The notes: generated by a model from the sequence alone, not told the origin. Positions 48,099-56,356 are shown, counted from the stretch's first letter. The stretch is DNA of 64,000 nt from Candidatus Tayloriibacteriota bacterium (GCA_028286665.1 JAQBRD010000031.1:155-64154), one strand, 5' to 3'. Made by a program: numbers and translations.

Positions 48099-48527
48099 CT
48101 ATTGAGATGTGGGATATTTTTCAAACTTCGGCACTGCCGGATTCAGGCGATCCCATGGCTGCGCATCGGATACCCATACTTCCATCTGCTGATTGAAGCC
48201 GCTCGGATCATCTAAGCTTGAGGTAAAGATCGCCACGATGCCCGGTGCTGAATCGGGTTTGGATAGGATAGGGGAACCGCAATCAGAGCAGAAGCCTCGA
48301 TGGTTCTTTCCACCTGCCTCGCTCTCTGTCGCGTAGAAACTGAGCTCACCTTGCGTGAGTTTGAAGGTTTCTTTCGGAACGACCGTGTAAGTAGAAAATG
48401 GTCCTCCGCTCGAGTGCTGGCAGTCTCGACAATGGCAGTTGAGCATCGTGACGGGAGCCGCTGCTGATTCGTAGCGGATCTTGCCGCAGGCGCACCCGCC
48501 GGTGAGTTGTGGGTTTATGTCGGTCAT
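48099..48527 (-). CDS. GFA-family (CENP-V/glutathione-dependent formaldehyde-activating-like) zinc protein
   Basis: GGCACGKIRYE...MLNCHCRDCQHSSGGPFS...GFCSDCGSP matches the Gfa cysteine pattern. Confidence 0.7.
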   Translation of the reverse strand: MTDINPQLTGGCACGKIRYESAAAPVTMLNCHCRDCQHSSGGPFSTYTVVPKETFKLTQGELSFYATESEAGGKNHRGFCSDCGSPILSKPDSAPGIVAIFTSSLDDPSGFNQQMEVWVSDAQPWDRLNPAVPKFEKYPTSQ

Positions 48528-48615
48528 ATCTACATTTTATCACTTTTGAGTCGCTTGAGTAAGGCACCTATCAAAGTCATGGTACAATTTTTGTATTATC
48601 AATAGTAACTCATCT

Positions 48616-48906
48616 ATGTTTAAAATAATTTTCCTGGTCGCAATTGTCATCTGTGTGGCGTTCATGCTTAAGAAAAAATCGAAGCTTTCGGAAGGGCAGA
48701 CATCATCAGAACCGCTCCTCGGGAATGAAAAGCTGATAATCTGGATAATATGCCTGCTGAATCCTATCTGGGGAGGAGCGATCTTTTACTACGGATGGAA
48801 AAATAAGCTTCCGGTAAAGGCAAAATCAGCCAATCAGATATCGCTCTGGGCTTTCTTCATTGAATTGGTCTTAGCTGTGGTGGCATTTGCGCTGCTTTCC
48901 ATTTAA
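48616..48906 (+). CDS. Small hypothetical membrane protein
   Basis: A 96-aa ORF with three hydrophobic helices in a lower-GC segment. Confidence 0.4.
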   Translation: MFKIIFLVAIVICVAFMLKKKSKLSEGQTSSEPLLGNEKLIIWIICLLNPIWGGAIFYYGWKNKLPVKAKSANQISLWAFFIELVLAVVAFALLSI

Positions 48907-48911
48907 TATCC

Positions 48912-49649
48912 ATGATGATTTCATTCAATGGCTTCCAGGCATTCTTGCTGTTTCTTGGAACAGTAATCCCTCTCAGTTGCTTATTGTATTTCATGATAGC
49001 TTTGCTATTTGAAATACCAGAATGGAACAGAAGCCGAAAGCTGTCTCTGCTCGCAAAGAAATACGATCTCACTTTCCTGAGGTCGAAAAGAGGGTGGCGA
49101 AATGGCTGGTTGAGTTTGCAGAATGGTCAGAGCAACTTTATTTCTGGAAAGATAGGTCCTTTCGTTGTGGATTTTCACGACTATCTTCTTGTGGAAGGGA
49201 ATCTCGGCCTCGGGTTCAAACCTTCGATTGCTGAAGTTTCTAATAAATGGAATCTGTCAGGCACCGGCGGAACTGCCTTTACTCGCAAGGTATCTATGCT
49301 GAATAGCAAATTCTACCGCAAGCTCCCGCTCAAGGTTCTGACAGAGGTGTTCGAGAAGATTTCTGCCCAGGCTTCAGACAAGGAGGTGCAAGAAATGCTG
49401 TCGGATCTCGATTTTACCAAACATATCATGAGAAATTGGTCCAAAGCCGCCTTCATCTCTGGCTTCGTGGCCATATTTTCCCTCTTCGTCGCGTCACTGG
49501 CCTCACCGGATTTTCCAGATTATTCCATAATAGCAATAATCGCCTTCAATGCTTTTTTGAATATCCCTCTGTTGTTATGGACATCTAAAAAATACGGGAA
49601 ACAATTTCTTCCGGCAGATATCAATCAGTACCCGCAGATGGAGGTATAA
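48912..49649 (+). CDS. Hypothetical membrane protein (245 aa)
   Basis: There are N-terminal and C-terminal TM helices with a central soluble region in between. No family was identified. Confidence 0.4.
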   Translation: MMISFNGFQAFLLFLGTVIPLSCLLYFMIALLFEIPEWNRSRKLSLLAKKYDLTFLRSKRGWRNGWLSLQNGQSNFISGKIGPFVVDFHDYLLVEGNLGLGFKPSIAEVSNKWNLSGTGGTAFTRKVSMLNSKFYRKLPLKVLTEVFEKISAQASDKEVQEMLSDLDFTKHIMRNWSKAAFISGFVAIFSLFVASLASPDFPDYSIIAIIAFNAFLNIPLLLWTSKKYGKQFLPADINQYPQMEV

Positions 49650-49650
49650 C

Positions 49651-50397
49651 TTATTCCTTCGGAAGCGTATCCCAAATATAGAGAAACATATTTTTGAACA
49701 TGTTTGCGAAAACGACTGAGTCTATCGTTGCCGCATACATTTGATGGTCTTTTATCGCGAACAGCGTCGATTTGCTTCCGCTGATATATATCGAGCTCTC
49801 AATGGGGTATGAGCCGGGCATGACTTTAGTTTCACGCAATCCATTTTTTTCATAGCCGAGTGTATTGTCGCCCTTGTTTAGAACAGGACGAATTATTCTT
49901 ATTGAAATGCCGTGCTTTTCTCTTTCCTGAATCCAGCTATCGCTAATCTTTGGAAAAATGTCAGTAAAATCAGGCCTAATGAAAGAATATATCGTGTTGG
50001 TTTTCTGCTCGATAGCATTTTCAAGTACTCCGTTCATGGCTATCTTCACACCTTCTTTGCCCGTATAGAGCTTTGCGTAGGGAAGCACCTCGTTCTGTTC
50101 TGAGTATGTCTTCAATTCAGGAATCAATTCTTCAAGAATTGTCTTCCTCTCGTTGTACTTCTTCAGAAGCAGATTGGGACTTTCTGGAAAGAAATATGTG
50201 ATCGTATTTTTCTTCCATGAAGATATGTAGCCTGATTTCTCCAGAGCCTTGAGAGTGTGATACACGCTAGTCTTCGGAAGCGAAGTATCCGCAGCTATTT
50301 TGAATGCTGTAGCGTCTTTGAGCTTGAATAGTGACAGATAGACTCGGGCCTCTTTCTTTGAAAAGCCCATTTCCTCAAGATTTTTGGTTATATTCAT
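49651..50397 (-). CDS. TrmB-like HTH transcriptional regulator, paralog E
   Basis: I take the start at MNITKNLEEMGFSKKEARVYLSLFKLKDATAFKIAADTSLPKTSVYHTLKALE, and the C-terminal domain is shared. The gene is divergent from SBP copy 4. Confidence 0.7.
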   Translation of the reverse strand: MNITKNLEEMGFSKKEARVYLSLFKLKDATAFKIAADTSLPKTSVYHTLKALEKSGYISSWKKNTITYFFPESPNLLLKKYNERKTILEELIPELKTYSEQNEVLPYAKLYTGKEGVKIAMNGVLENAIEQKTNTIYSFIRPDFTDIFPKISDSWIQEREKHGISIRIIRPVLNKGDNTLGYEKNGLRETKVMPGSYPIESSIYISGSKSTLFAIKDHQMYAATIDSVVFANMFKNMFLYIWDTLPKE

Positions 50398-50410
50398 GAC
50401 AACTATAGTA

Positions 50411-50429
50411 TAGTCCATATTTTGGACTA
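50411..50429. promoter_or_regulatory. Palindrome TAGTCCA-TATTT-TGGACTA immediately upstream of TrmB-like paralog E (candidate operator)
   Basis: A perfect 7-5-7 inverted repeat with the same TATTT spacer as the palindrome upstream of paralog C. Confidence 0.4.
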
Positions 50430-50527
50430 AATCAACTGTTTAATATATGGCTAATAATATAGACGTAAGTATATTACATATTAATAAAGTCCAAATACGA
50501 AGTATTTATTGACAAAATATAATACTA

Positions 50528-51679
50528 TTGTTCTATAAGAATAAAGAACATATGAAAAAATACATCATTTCTGGCCTAGTTATATTGGTTCTTTCGGGGA
50601 TTTTGTTTGGAATTACGAATCAGCGTGGTTCATCTTCAGCAGTTACTATTGGCTTTCTCGGATCTTTGACCGGTGTAGATCCTAATTACGGAGAGGCGAT
50701 GAAAGGCGGAGTTTCGATTGCGGTGGATGAAATCAATGCTGAAGGTGGAATTGCCGGCAAGAAATTAGAGGTAATTTATGAAGATGGCAAATGCATCGAT
50801 ACCAAGTCAGCGGTGAGCGCTGCCCAGAAACTAATCACAATTGATAAGGTCAATATTATCCTTGGCGGGGGTTGCAGCAACGAGGCTTTGTCTATCGTAC
50901 ATCTCCTCGAAGAATCAAACACACTTCTGCTTTCATCTGGGGCGAGCAGTCCCGCGCTATCAGGCTTGAGCAAGAATGTCTTCCGAAATGCCCCAAGCGA
51001 TGCGCAGACCGGAGAAAAGATCGCGGCATATATGTTTTCAAAGCATTTTCGAAAGGTCGCAATCGTGTCTGATCAAACTGATTATTCAAAAGGCTTCAGG
51101 GATTCGTTTTTGAAATCCTTCGCAAATCTTGGAGGGTTTGTTGTCGAAGATATATCCGTTTCGCCAAAAGGTTCGGATTACCGGACCGATCTGGTTAAGC
51201 TAAAAGGAAAGGAAATCGATGCCATATTCATCAATCCCAACGTACCCGTCAGTGCTGGCATTATCGCAAGACAGGTGAGGGAGCTCGGGATGAATCAGCA
51301 GCTGTTTTTCGCCTATCACGCAACTCCTGATCTGGTCAGAACCGGTGGGGATGCCGTCAACGGTGCGGTAATAATCAATGTCCCGACTCCAGAGAATGAT
51401 GCTGCAAAAAGAATCCTCAAGCGATTCGAAGAAAAATACGGCAAGAGCACAGTCTATCCATACAACACGCTTGCCGCATACGATGCTGCAATGCTCATAG
51501 CTCAAGGGATAAAGAAAGCTGGCAGCAAAACGGAAGATGTTCGGTCGTATTTGCACGAATTGAAAAATTTCACCGGAGCGCTTGGCTCATATCACTTCGA
51601 TGAGAGAGGGGATATCCAAGACCTTCAGTATCGATTTGAAAGGGTTGAGGGCGGAAAGTTTGTCGATATTGTGGAATAA
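50528..51679 (+). CDS. LivK-type substrate-binding protein, copy 4
   Basis: After an N-terminal anchor comes VTIGFLGSLTGVDPNYGEAMKGGVSIAVDEINAEGGIAGKKLEVIYEDGKCIDTKSA. Confidence 0.8.
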   Translation: MFYKNKEHMKKYIISGLVILVLSGILFGITNQRGSSSAVTIGFLGSLTGVDPNYGEAMKGGVSIAVDEINAEGGIAGKKLEVIYEDGKCIDTKSAVSAAQKLITIDKVNIILGGGCSNEALSIVHLLEESNTLLLSSGASSPALSGLSKNVFRNAPSDAQTGEKIAAYMFSKHFRKVAIVSDQTDYSKGFRDSFLKSFANLGGFVVEDISVSPKGSDYRTDLVKLKGKEIDAIFINPNVPVSAGIIARQVRELGMNQQLFFAYHATPDLVRTGGDAVNGAVIINVPTPENDAAKRILKRFEEKYGKSTVYPYNTLAAYDAAMLIAQGIKKAGSKTEDVRSYLHELKNFTGALGSYHFDERGDIQDLQYRFERVEGGKFVDIVE

Positions 51680-51685
51680 AGATTC

Positions 51686-51760
51686 GGTCGCAGGTATTTT
51701 TCTTGTGAAAAATCCTGCGACCCCGCCTCGCGCACCTTCGTGCGCTCCGGCTTTCAAATC
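51686..51760. repeat. Structured intergenic repeat, copy R2 (about 75 nt)
   Basis: GGTCGCAGG-[TATTTTTC-TTGT-GAAAAAT]-CCTGCGACC-CCGCCTCGCGCACCTTCGTGCGCTCCGGC-TTTCAAATCT. The outer 9-bp stem, inner hairpin and second hairpin (GCGCAC-CTTC-GTGCGC) are conserved with R1 through compensatory changes. Confidence 0.5.
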
Positions 51761-51786
51761 TCACGCTCCAATATGCGCAGATAAAT

Positions 51787-51815
51787 GAAAAGCCCTGCAT
51801 TGAGCAGGGCTTTTC
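51787..51815. terminator. Bidirectional terminator between SBP copy 4 and tRNA-Ser
   Basis: gaaaagccctgc-attga-gcagggcttttc. Confidence 0.6.
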
Positions 51816-51823
51816 ATTTATTG

Positions 51824-51910
51824 CGGATGGGGTGAGATTTGAACTCACGGTCCCCTTACGAGGACGACGGTTTTCAAGACCGTTGCCTTAAACCACTCAG
51901 CCACCCATCC
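51824..51910 (-). tRNA. tRNA-Ser (anticodon TGA), type II with long variable arm
   Basis: The reverse complement is ggatgggtggctgagtggtttaaggcaacggtcttgaaaaccgtcgtcctcgtaaggggaccgtgagttcaaatctcaccccatccg. The anticodon loop is CTTGAAA and the T-loop is TTCAAAT. Confidence 0.8.
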
Positions 51911-52006
51911 ATTTGGTGCTTTTCAGCGGGAAGCGCCTGATGCCGCTTCGTTTCCGATAATAACAGAAAGATTCCATTTGCGCCAGATTTGCGTTAGGAT
52001 AGGCCT

Positions 52007-52438
52007 ATGAAATACCTCGGAATAGACTATGGATCGAAGCGGGTCGGCATCGCGGTCTCGGACCTCGGCGGCCGTTTCGCCTTGCCGAAGAAAGTGATCA
52101 GGAATGGCGGCTCTGCCGCGGCGATGGCTGCGCTCGTAGTAGAGATAGTCGCGCTCGCAGCGGAAGAGAAGGTATCTGAGATCGTCATGGGCGAATCGAA
52201 GGACTTCTCAGGAAATGAGAATCCGATCATGGCCGCAGCGAAAGCTTTCGCTCTCGAGCTCCGCACGGCGACCGGCATGCCGGTCCATATGGAGCCGGAA
52301 TTCATGACGAGCCATCAGGCGGAACGGACGCAGCATGAGCTCGGAGGCAGCAGGGAAATGCTTGATGCGTCAGCAGCTGCAGTCATTCTCCAGAGCTTTC
52401 TCGACCGCGAGCGCGACGATGCCGATCTCGGCGAGTAA
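52007..52438 (+). CDS. ruvX: Putative pre-16S rRNA nuclease / Holliday junction resolvase-like YqgF (RuvX)
   Basis: MKYLGIDYGSKRVGIAVSD...IVMGESKDFSGNE matches the RuvX pattern. Confidence 0.8.
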   Translation: MKYLGIDYGSKRVGIAVSDLGGRFALPKKVIRNGGSAAAMAALVVEIVALAAEEKVSEIVMGESKDFSGNENPIMAAAKAFALELRTATGMPVHMEPEFMTSHQAERTQHELGGSREMLDASAAAVILQSFLDRERDDADLGE

Positions 52439-52453
52439 TGAATAACGCGGCGC

Positions 52454-52939
52454 ATGCTATATAATAATCACATGATCAATTACGATGATTTCGCGAAGGT
52501 TGAAATAAAAGCAGGGAAAATCCTCTCTGCTGAGAAGATTCCTGAAACCGACAAGCTGCTCAAGCTCTCGGTCGATTTCGGCGAGACGGCAATGGTCGAC
52601 GATCCTGCTTTCGCCGCAGCTCCTGGTGCGCTCGGTGCTGATGACCAGCCGGCGCCTGTTATGCCACCTGCACAAATATCAGTGCCGAAGCATCGCCAGA
52701 TCGTCTCGGGCATCTCCATGCATTTTCCTGATCCTGCGGTCCTCGTCGGACGCACGGCGATGTTCGTTACGAATCTTGAACCTCGGAAAATCAAAGGCTT
52801 CGAAAGCAATGGCATGCTTTTTGCCATCTCGACTCCCGACAAGCTCGATGAAACCGGCGCAGTGATATCGAAGGGAAGCTTCTCGCTCCTCGAGCCGTCT
52901 CCTGCGGCGAATATTCCTCCGGGCACTCGAGCTTGCTAG
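52454..52939 (+). CDS. tRNA-binding OB-fold protein (CsaA/Trbp111/MetRS-C-terminal-like) with low-complexity insert
   Basis: FAKVEIKAGKILSAEKIPETDKLLKLSVDFGE...RQIVSGISMHFPDPAVLVGRTAMFVTNLEPRKIKGFESNGMLFA. A 35-aa Ala/Pro-rich insertion is present. Confidence 0.65.
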   Translation: MLYNNHMINYDDFAKVEIKAGKILSAEKIPETDKLLKLSVDFGETAMVDDPAFAAAPGALGADDQPAPVMPPAQISVPKHRQIVSGISMHFPDPAVLVGRTAMFVTNLEPRKIKGFESNGMLFAISTPDKLDETGAVISKGSFSLLEPSPAANIPPGTRAC

Positions 52940-53571
52940 CTATGAATCTCATCCACTCCATAACTCATTTCCTCGCACCGGCGCATATCATCTTGTCGCT
53001 CGGCCTCATCGGCGTGATCGCTGTCGTCTTTGCTGAGTCGGGACTGTTCTTCGGATTCTTCCTGCCGGGGGATTCGCTTCTTTTCACTGCCGGATTCCTC
53101 GCTTCGCAAGGCTTCATATCATTGCCGCTGCTGCTCATCGGCGTATTCGTCGCGGCGGTGCTCGGAGACAGCGTCGGCTATGCATTCGGAAAAGTCGTCG
53201 GCGGAAAGCTGTACTCGCGTGCCGATTCCCGCTGGTTCCGGAAGAAGCATATCGAGCAGGCCGGATCCTTCTATGAGAAGCATGGAGCGAAAGCGATCAT
53301 CCTCGCCCGATTCATGCCGATCATCCGGACATTCGCGCCGATCGTCGCCGGCGCTGCGAACATGCCATATCGGAAATTCATCGCATATAACATCATCGGA
53401 GGCTTGCTCTGGTCCGTCGGGCTTTCGATCATCGGCTATTCGTTCGGCAATATCGTCCCGAACGCCGACCGTTACATAACGCCGATCGTGATCCTCATCC
53501 TTCTCGTTTCCATCCTGCCAGGCCTCTGGCATCTGGTGAAATCGCAGATATCGAAGCGCAGGAATATGTAG
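52933..53571 (+). CDS. DedA-family membrane protein
   Basis: VFAESGLFFGFFLPGDSLLFTAGFL is followed by multiple TM helices. The gene overlaps the upstream gene by 7 nt. Confidence 0.75.
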   Translation: MLAMNLIHSITHFLAPAHIILSLGLIGVIAVVFAESGLFFGFFLPGDSLLFTAGFLASQGFISLPLLLIGVFVAAVLGDSVGYAFGKVVGGKLYSRADSRWFRKKHIEQAGSFYEKHGAKAIILARFMPIIRTFAPIVAGAANMPYRKFIAYNIIGGLLWSVGLSIIGYSFGNIVPNADRYITPIVILILLVSILPGLWHLVKSQISKRRNM

Positions 53572-53584
53572 TACAATATGGGAA

Positions 53585-54649
53585 ATGATCGCAGAGACAT
53601 TCTTCAAACTTTTTCCTACTCCGAAATTTCTCGACATGCCGTATGCGGGATTGCATATTTCCGATGATGCGATCCGAGTCATCCAATTCAGCCATGGAAG
53701 GCACAGCCTCGAGGTCGTGAAGCACGGGTGCCGCCTCCTCTCCCCAGGCATCGTCGAAGCAGGGTATGTGAAGGACGAGAAAGCCCTGAGCAAGCTCGTC
53801 AGCGAACTCGCTTCCGAGCTCGGCATCACCTTCGTGCGCGTATCGATCCCTGAGGAAAAGATGTATCTTTTCAAGACCGACATCGCTGCGAGCGACGAGA
53901 AGCAGATCAGCCAGAATATCGAATTCAAGCTCGAAGAGAATGTGCCGCTTTCGCCCGCAGATGCGCTCTTCTATTTCGATGTCATACCATCAGCTGCCGG
54001 CGGCAAGCGCTCTGCGATGGTCTCCGTCGCTCCGCGGAAAGTCATCGACGCGTATCTCAATGTTCTCGCCGATGCGAAGCTCACCGCGCTCTCATTCGAA
54101 GTCGAGGCCAAGGCTCTCGCCCGAGCTTTCGTCCCGAAAGGCAGCGGCGAGACAGAACTCGTCATCAACATCATGAGCAAGAAGACGGGCATATATGTCA
54201 TCTGCGAAGGAATCGTCTCGTTTACGTCTACGGTCTCGTGGGGAGGCGATGCGGTCACCGAGGTGATCGAGAAAGCCTTCGACATCAAGCCGGCCGAAGC
54301 GATCGAAATGAAGAAGTCGGCCGGCTTCCATGACGGCAAGGACACGAAGAAGATCCTCGCCGCTATCCAGGACAGCGTGGCGGTCCTCCAGAAGGAAATT
54401 TACAAGGTGTACACGTATTGGATCGAGCATGGAGAAGGCTGCAAGGACATCAATCGCATCGTCCTGTGCGGCGCAGATGCGCAGCTTGTCGGACTCATCT
54501 CCCATATCTCGCCCGATCCGAAGATTCCGGTCGATATCGGCAATGTCTGGCAGAACGCATTCTCGAGCGACAAGTATATTCCTCCGATTTCGCACGAGGA
54601 GTCGCTTGATTATGCAGTCGCAGCCGGTCTTGCCTTGCCCCAACAATAA
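53585..54649 (+). CDS. pilM: Type IV pilus assembly protein PilM (actin-like ATPase fold)
   Basis: A 354-aa protein, LHISDDAIRVIQFSHGRHSLEVV...GIVEAGYVKDEKALSKLV, which is the first gene of a pilMNO cluster. Confidence 0.7.
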   Translation: MIAETFFKLFPTPKFLDMPYAGLHISDDAIRVIQFSHGRHSLEVVKHGCRLLSPGIVEAGYVKDEKALSKLVSELASELGITFVRVSIPEEKMYLFKTDIAASDEKQISQNIEFKLEENVPLSPADALFYFDVIPSAAGGKRSAMVSVAPRKVIDAYLNVLADAKLTALSFEVEAKALARAFVPKGSGETELVINIMSKKTGIYVICEGIVSFTSTVSWGGDAVTEVIEKAFDIKPAEAIEMKKSAGFHDGKDTKKILAAIQDSVAVLQKEIYKVYTYWIEHGEGCKDINRIVLCGADAQLVGLISHISPDPKIPVDIGNVWQNAFSSDKYIPPISHEESLDYAVAAGLALPQQ

Positions 54650-54654
54650 ACGCC

Positions 54655-55194
54655 ATGTACTCGCTCCTGCCTGAAAGATACATAAAGAATCTCCGCCGCG
54701 AATACCGCTTGCGCCTCGCTGCGACATGCCTGTTCTTCCTCACGGCGGCATTCGCGATTGGAATGGTATCGCTTCTTCCTTCATATATCCTTTCTCGAGG
54801 GCAGGAAAGCCAGGCAGTGACTGAGCTTGATTCTCTGAAGAAGGCCAGCGCAGCGAGCGGCGTCGACAAGGCCGGGCAGGATGTCATCGCTTTGCAGAGC
54901 ATGATCTCTTCGCTCGGAAACCACCAGGACGCGAAGCCCTTGTCAGGCGTCGTAGAGAAGATCATCAGCCACCGTCCGCAGAGCGTCATCCTCGGCACAT
55001 TTGATGTTTCGCGCGATGCGTCGTCGACCGCCACAGTCCTGATTTCCGGCATCGCTCTTGCCCGAGAATCGCTCATCTCCTTCAAGAAGGAGCTTGGGAA
55101 TGACCCGAGCTTCATCAAGGTCGAATTCCCGGTATCGGATCTCGCAAAGGGGCATGATATCCATTTCAATATGAAGGTCAAGGTAAAAATATAA
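54655..55194 (+). CDS. pilN: Type IV pilus assembly protein PilN-like (bitopic)
   Basis: The N-terminus MYSLLPERYIKNLRREYRLRLAATCLFFLTAAFAIGMVSLLP contains a single TM helix, and the protein follows pilM. Confidence 0.6.
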   Translation: MYSLLPERYIKNLRREYRLRLAATCLFFLTAAFAIGMVSLLPSYILSRGQESQAVTELDSLKKASAASGVDKAGQDVIALQSMISSLGNHQDAKPLSGVVEKIISHRPQSVILGTFDVSRDASSTATVLISGIALARESLISFKKELGNDPSFIKVEFPVSDLAKGHDIHFNMKVKVKI

Positions 55195-55198
55195 TTCA

Positions 55199-55759
55199 AT
55201 GAAACGGATTTCCCATACCACAATATATTTCTCGGTATCTCTCATCACCCTCCTCGCGCTCGTCGGCGTCTATTGGAACGTATATCAGAGCATCGACGGG
55301 CAGACTGTCCGTACTGCCAATGTCCTCAAGGAAGTGGCGAAGGAGAAGTACCGCAGGGAGCATGAGGAGGCGGTGGTAAAAATGCTGAAAGACGTCGAAG
55401 CGGATCGGGAGAAGATACTCGGCTATTTCATCCATGGCGATCAGGCGGTCGATTTCATCGAGAAGCTCGAGAGCCTCGGCAATTCGACAGGGACGACCTT
55501 GATCGTCAGTTCGATCAATGCCGACGATCTCTCAGACAGCCCTTCAGGAACCGTCGGCAAGCTCCGCGCCCATATGTCAAGCATCGGGAGCTGGCCGGCC
55601 ATGATGAAGATCCTGCTTCTCGCCGAACAATTGCCGTATAGCGTCGCGATCAGCAACCTTCGGCTCGAGGCCTCCGGCATATCTGACGCGACGGGGAAAG
55701 CGCTCCCTTCGAGCCAATGGAAGATCGATCTGGATATCGAAGTCCTTTCAATAAAGTAA
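55199..55759 (+). CDS. pilO: Type IV pilus assembly protein PilO-like (bitopic)
   Basis: A single N-terminal TM helix is followed by a coiled-coil and a periplasmic domain. The gene is third in the pilMNO cluster. Confidence 0.55.
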   Translation: MKRISHTTIYFSVSLITLLALVGVYWNVYQSIDGQTVRTANVLKEVAKEKYRREHEEAVVKMLKDVEADREKILGYFIHGDQAVDFIEKLESLGNSTGTTLIVSSINADDLSDSPSGTVGKLRAHMSSIGSWPAMMKILLLAEQLPYSVAISNLRLEASGISDATGKALPSSQWKIDLDIEVLSIK

Positions 55760-55760
55760 T

Positions 55761-56087
55761 ATGAAATTCTCACTCAAAAAACATCCGAATCATGCGGTCA
55801 GCCATAAGAAGCTGTCGATCAATTTCGGCAGCAATCCCCGGATCGACTGGATCGCGGTGGTCGTTCTCGCATTTGCTGCCGGAATCATCAGCGTCTATGG
55901 CGCAGTCTCGCTCTTCCTCAATATCCGAGACGGGGAAGCACCGTCATCTAACGCCGCAGCAATCGCCGGCACAACGGTCAACGCCGCTGAAATCTCGAAA
56001 GTCGTCACTTCGCATGAAACGCGGAATGCCGAATTCGAGACGATCCAAAGAACGCCATATGCGCGAAGCGACGATCCGGTCAGGTAG
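55761..56087 (+). CDS. Small bitopic membrane protein at the end of the pilMNO cluster
   Basis: A 108-aa protein with a single TM helix (IDWIAVVVLAFAAGIISVYGAVSLFL). A PilP-like role is possible but unsupported. Confidence 0.4.
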   Translation: MKFSLKKHPNHAVSHKKLSINFGSNPRIDWIAVVVLAFAAGIISVYGAVSLFLNIRDGEAPSSNAAAIAGTTVNAAEISKVVTSHETRNAEFETIQRTPYARSDDPVR

Positions 56088-56179
56088 CTGCTTTGCCGGA
56101 GGTTTGCTATAGTCTCCATGCGGGCCAAGCCGAGCAGCTCGAATTTGGTAATTCGGTCCATGCCCAAATTTGGTAATTT

Positions 56180-56251
56180 GCCCTTGTAGTTCAATGGATA
56201 GAACTGCGGACTTCTAAGCCGTCGATGTTGGTTCGATTCCAACCAGGGGCA
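56180..56251 (+). tRNA. tRNA-Arg (anticodon TCT)
   Basis: gcccttgtagttcaatggatagaactgcggacttctaagccgtcgatgttggttcgattccaaccaggggca. The acceptor is GCCCTTG/CAGGGGC, the anticodon loop CTTCTAA and the T-loop TTCGATT. The anticodon stem has one closing mismatch. Confidence 0.7.
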
Positions 56252-56356
56252 CATGCTAGTGAGACAGACCGAGATAGTTGAAAGCAATGAAAAAGCAGGA
56301 GAATTTTAGTTCTCCTGCTTTGAGGTGTATCGCGGGCTTACGCCGAAGGTTGTTTT

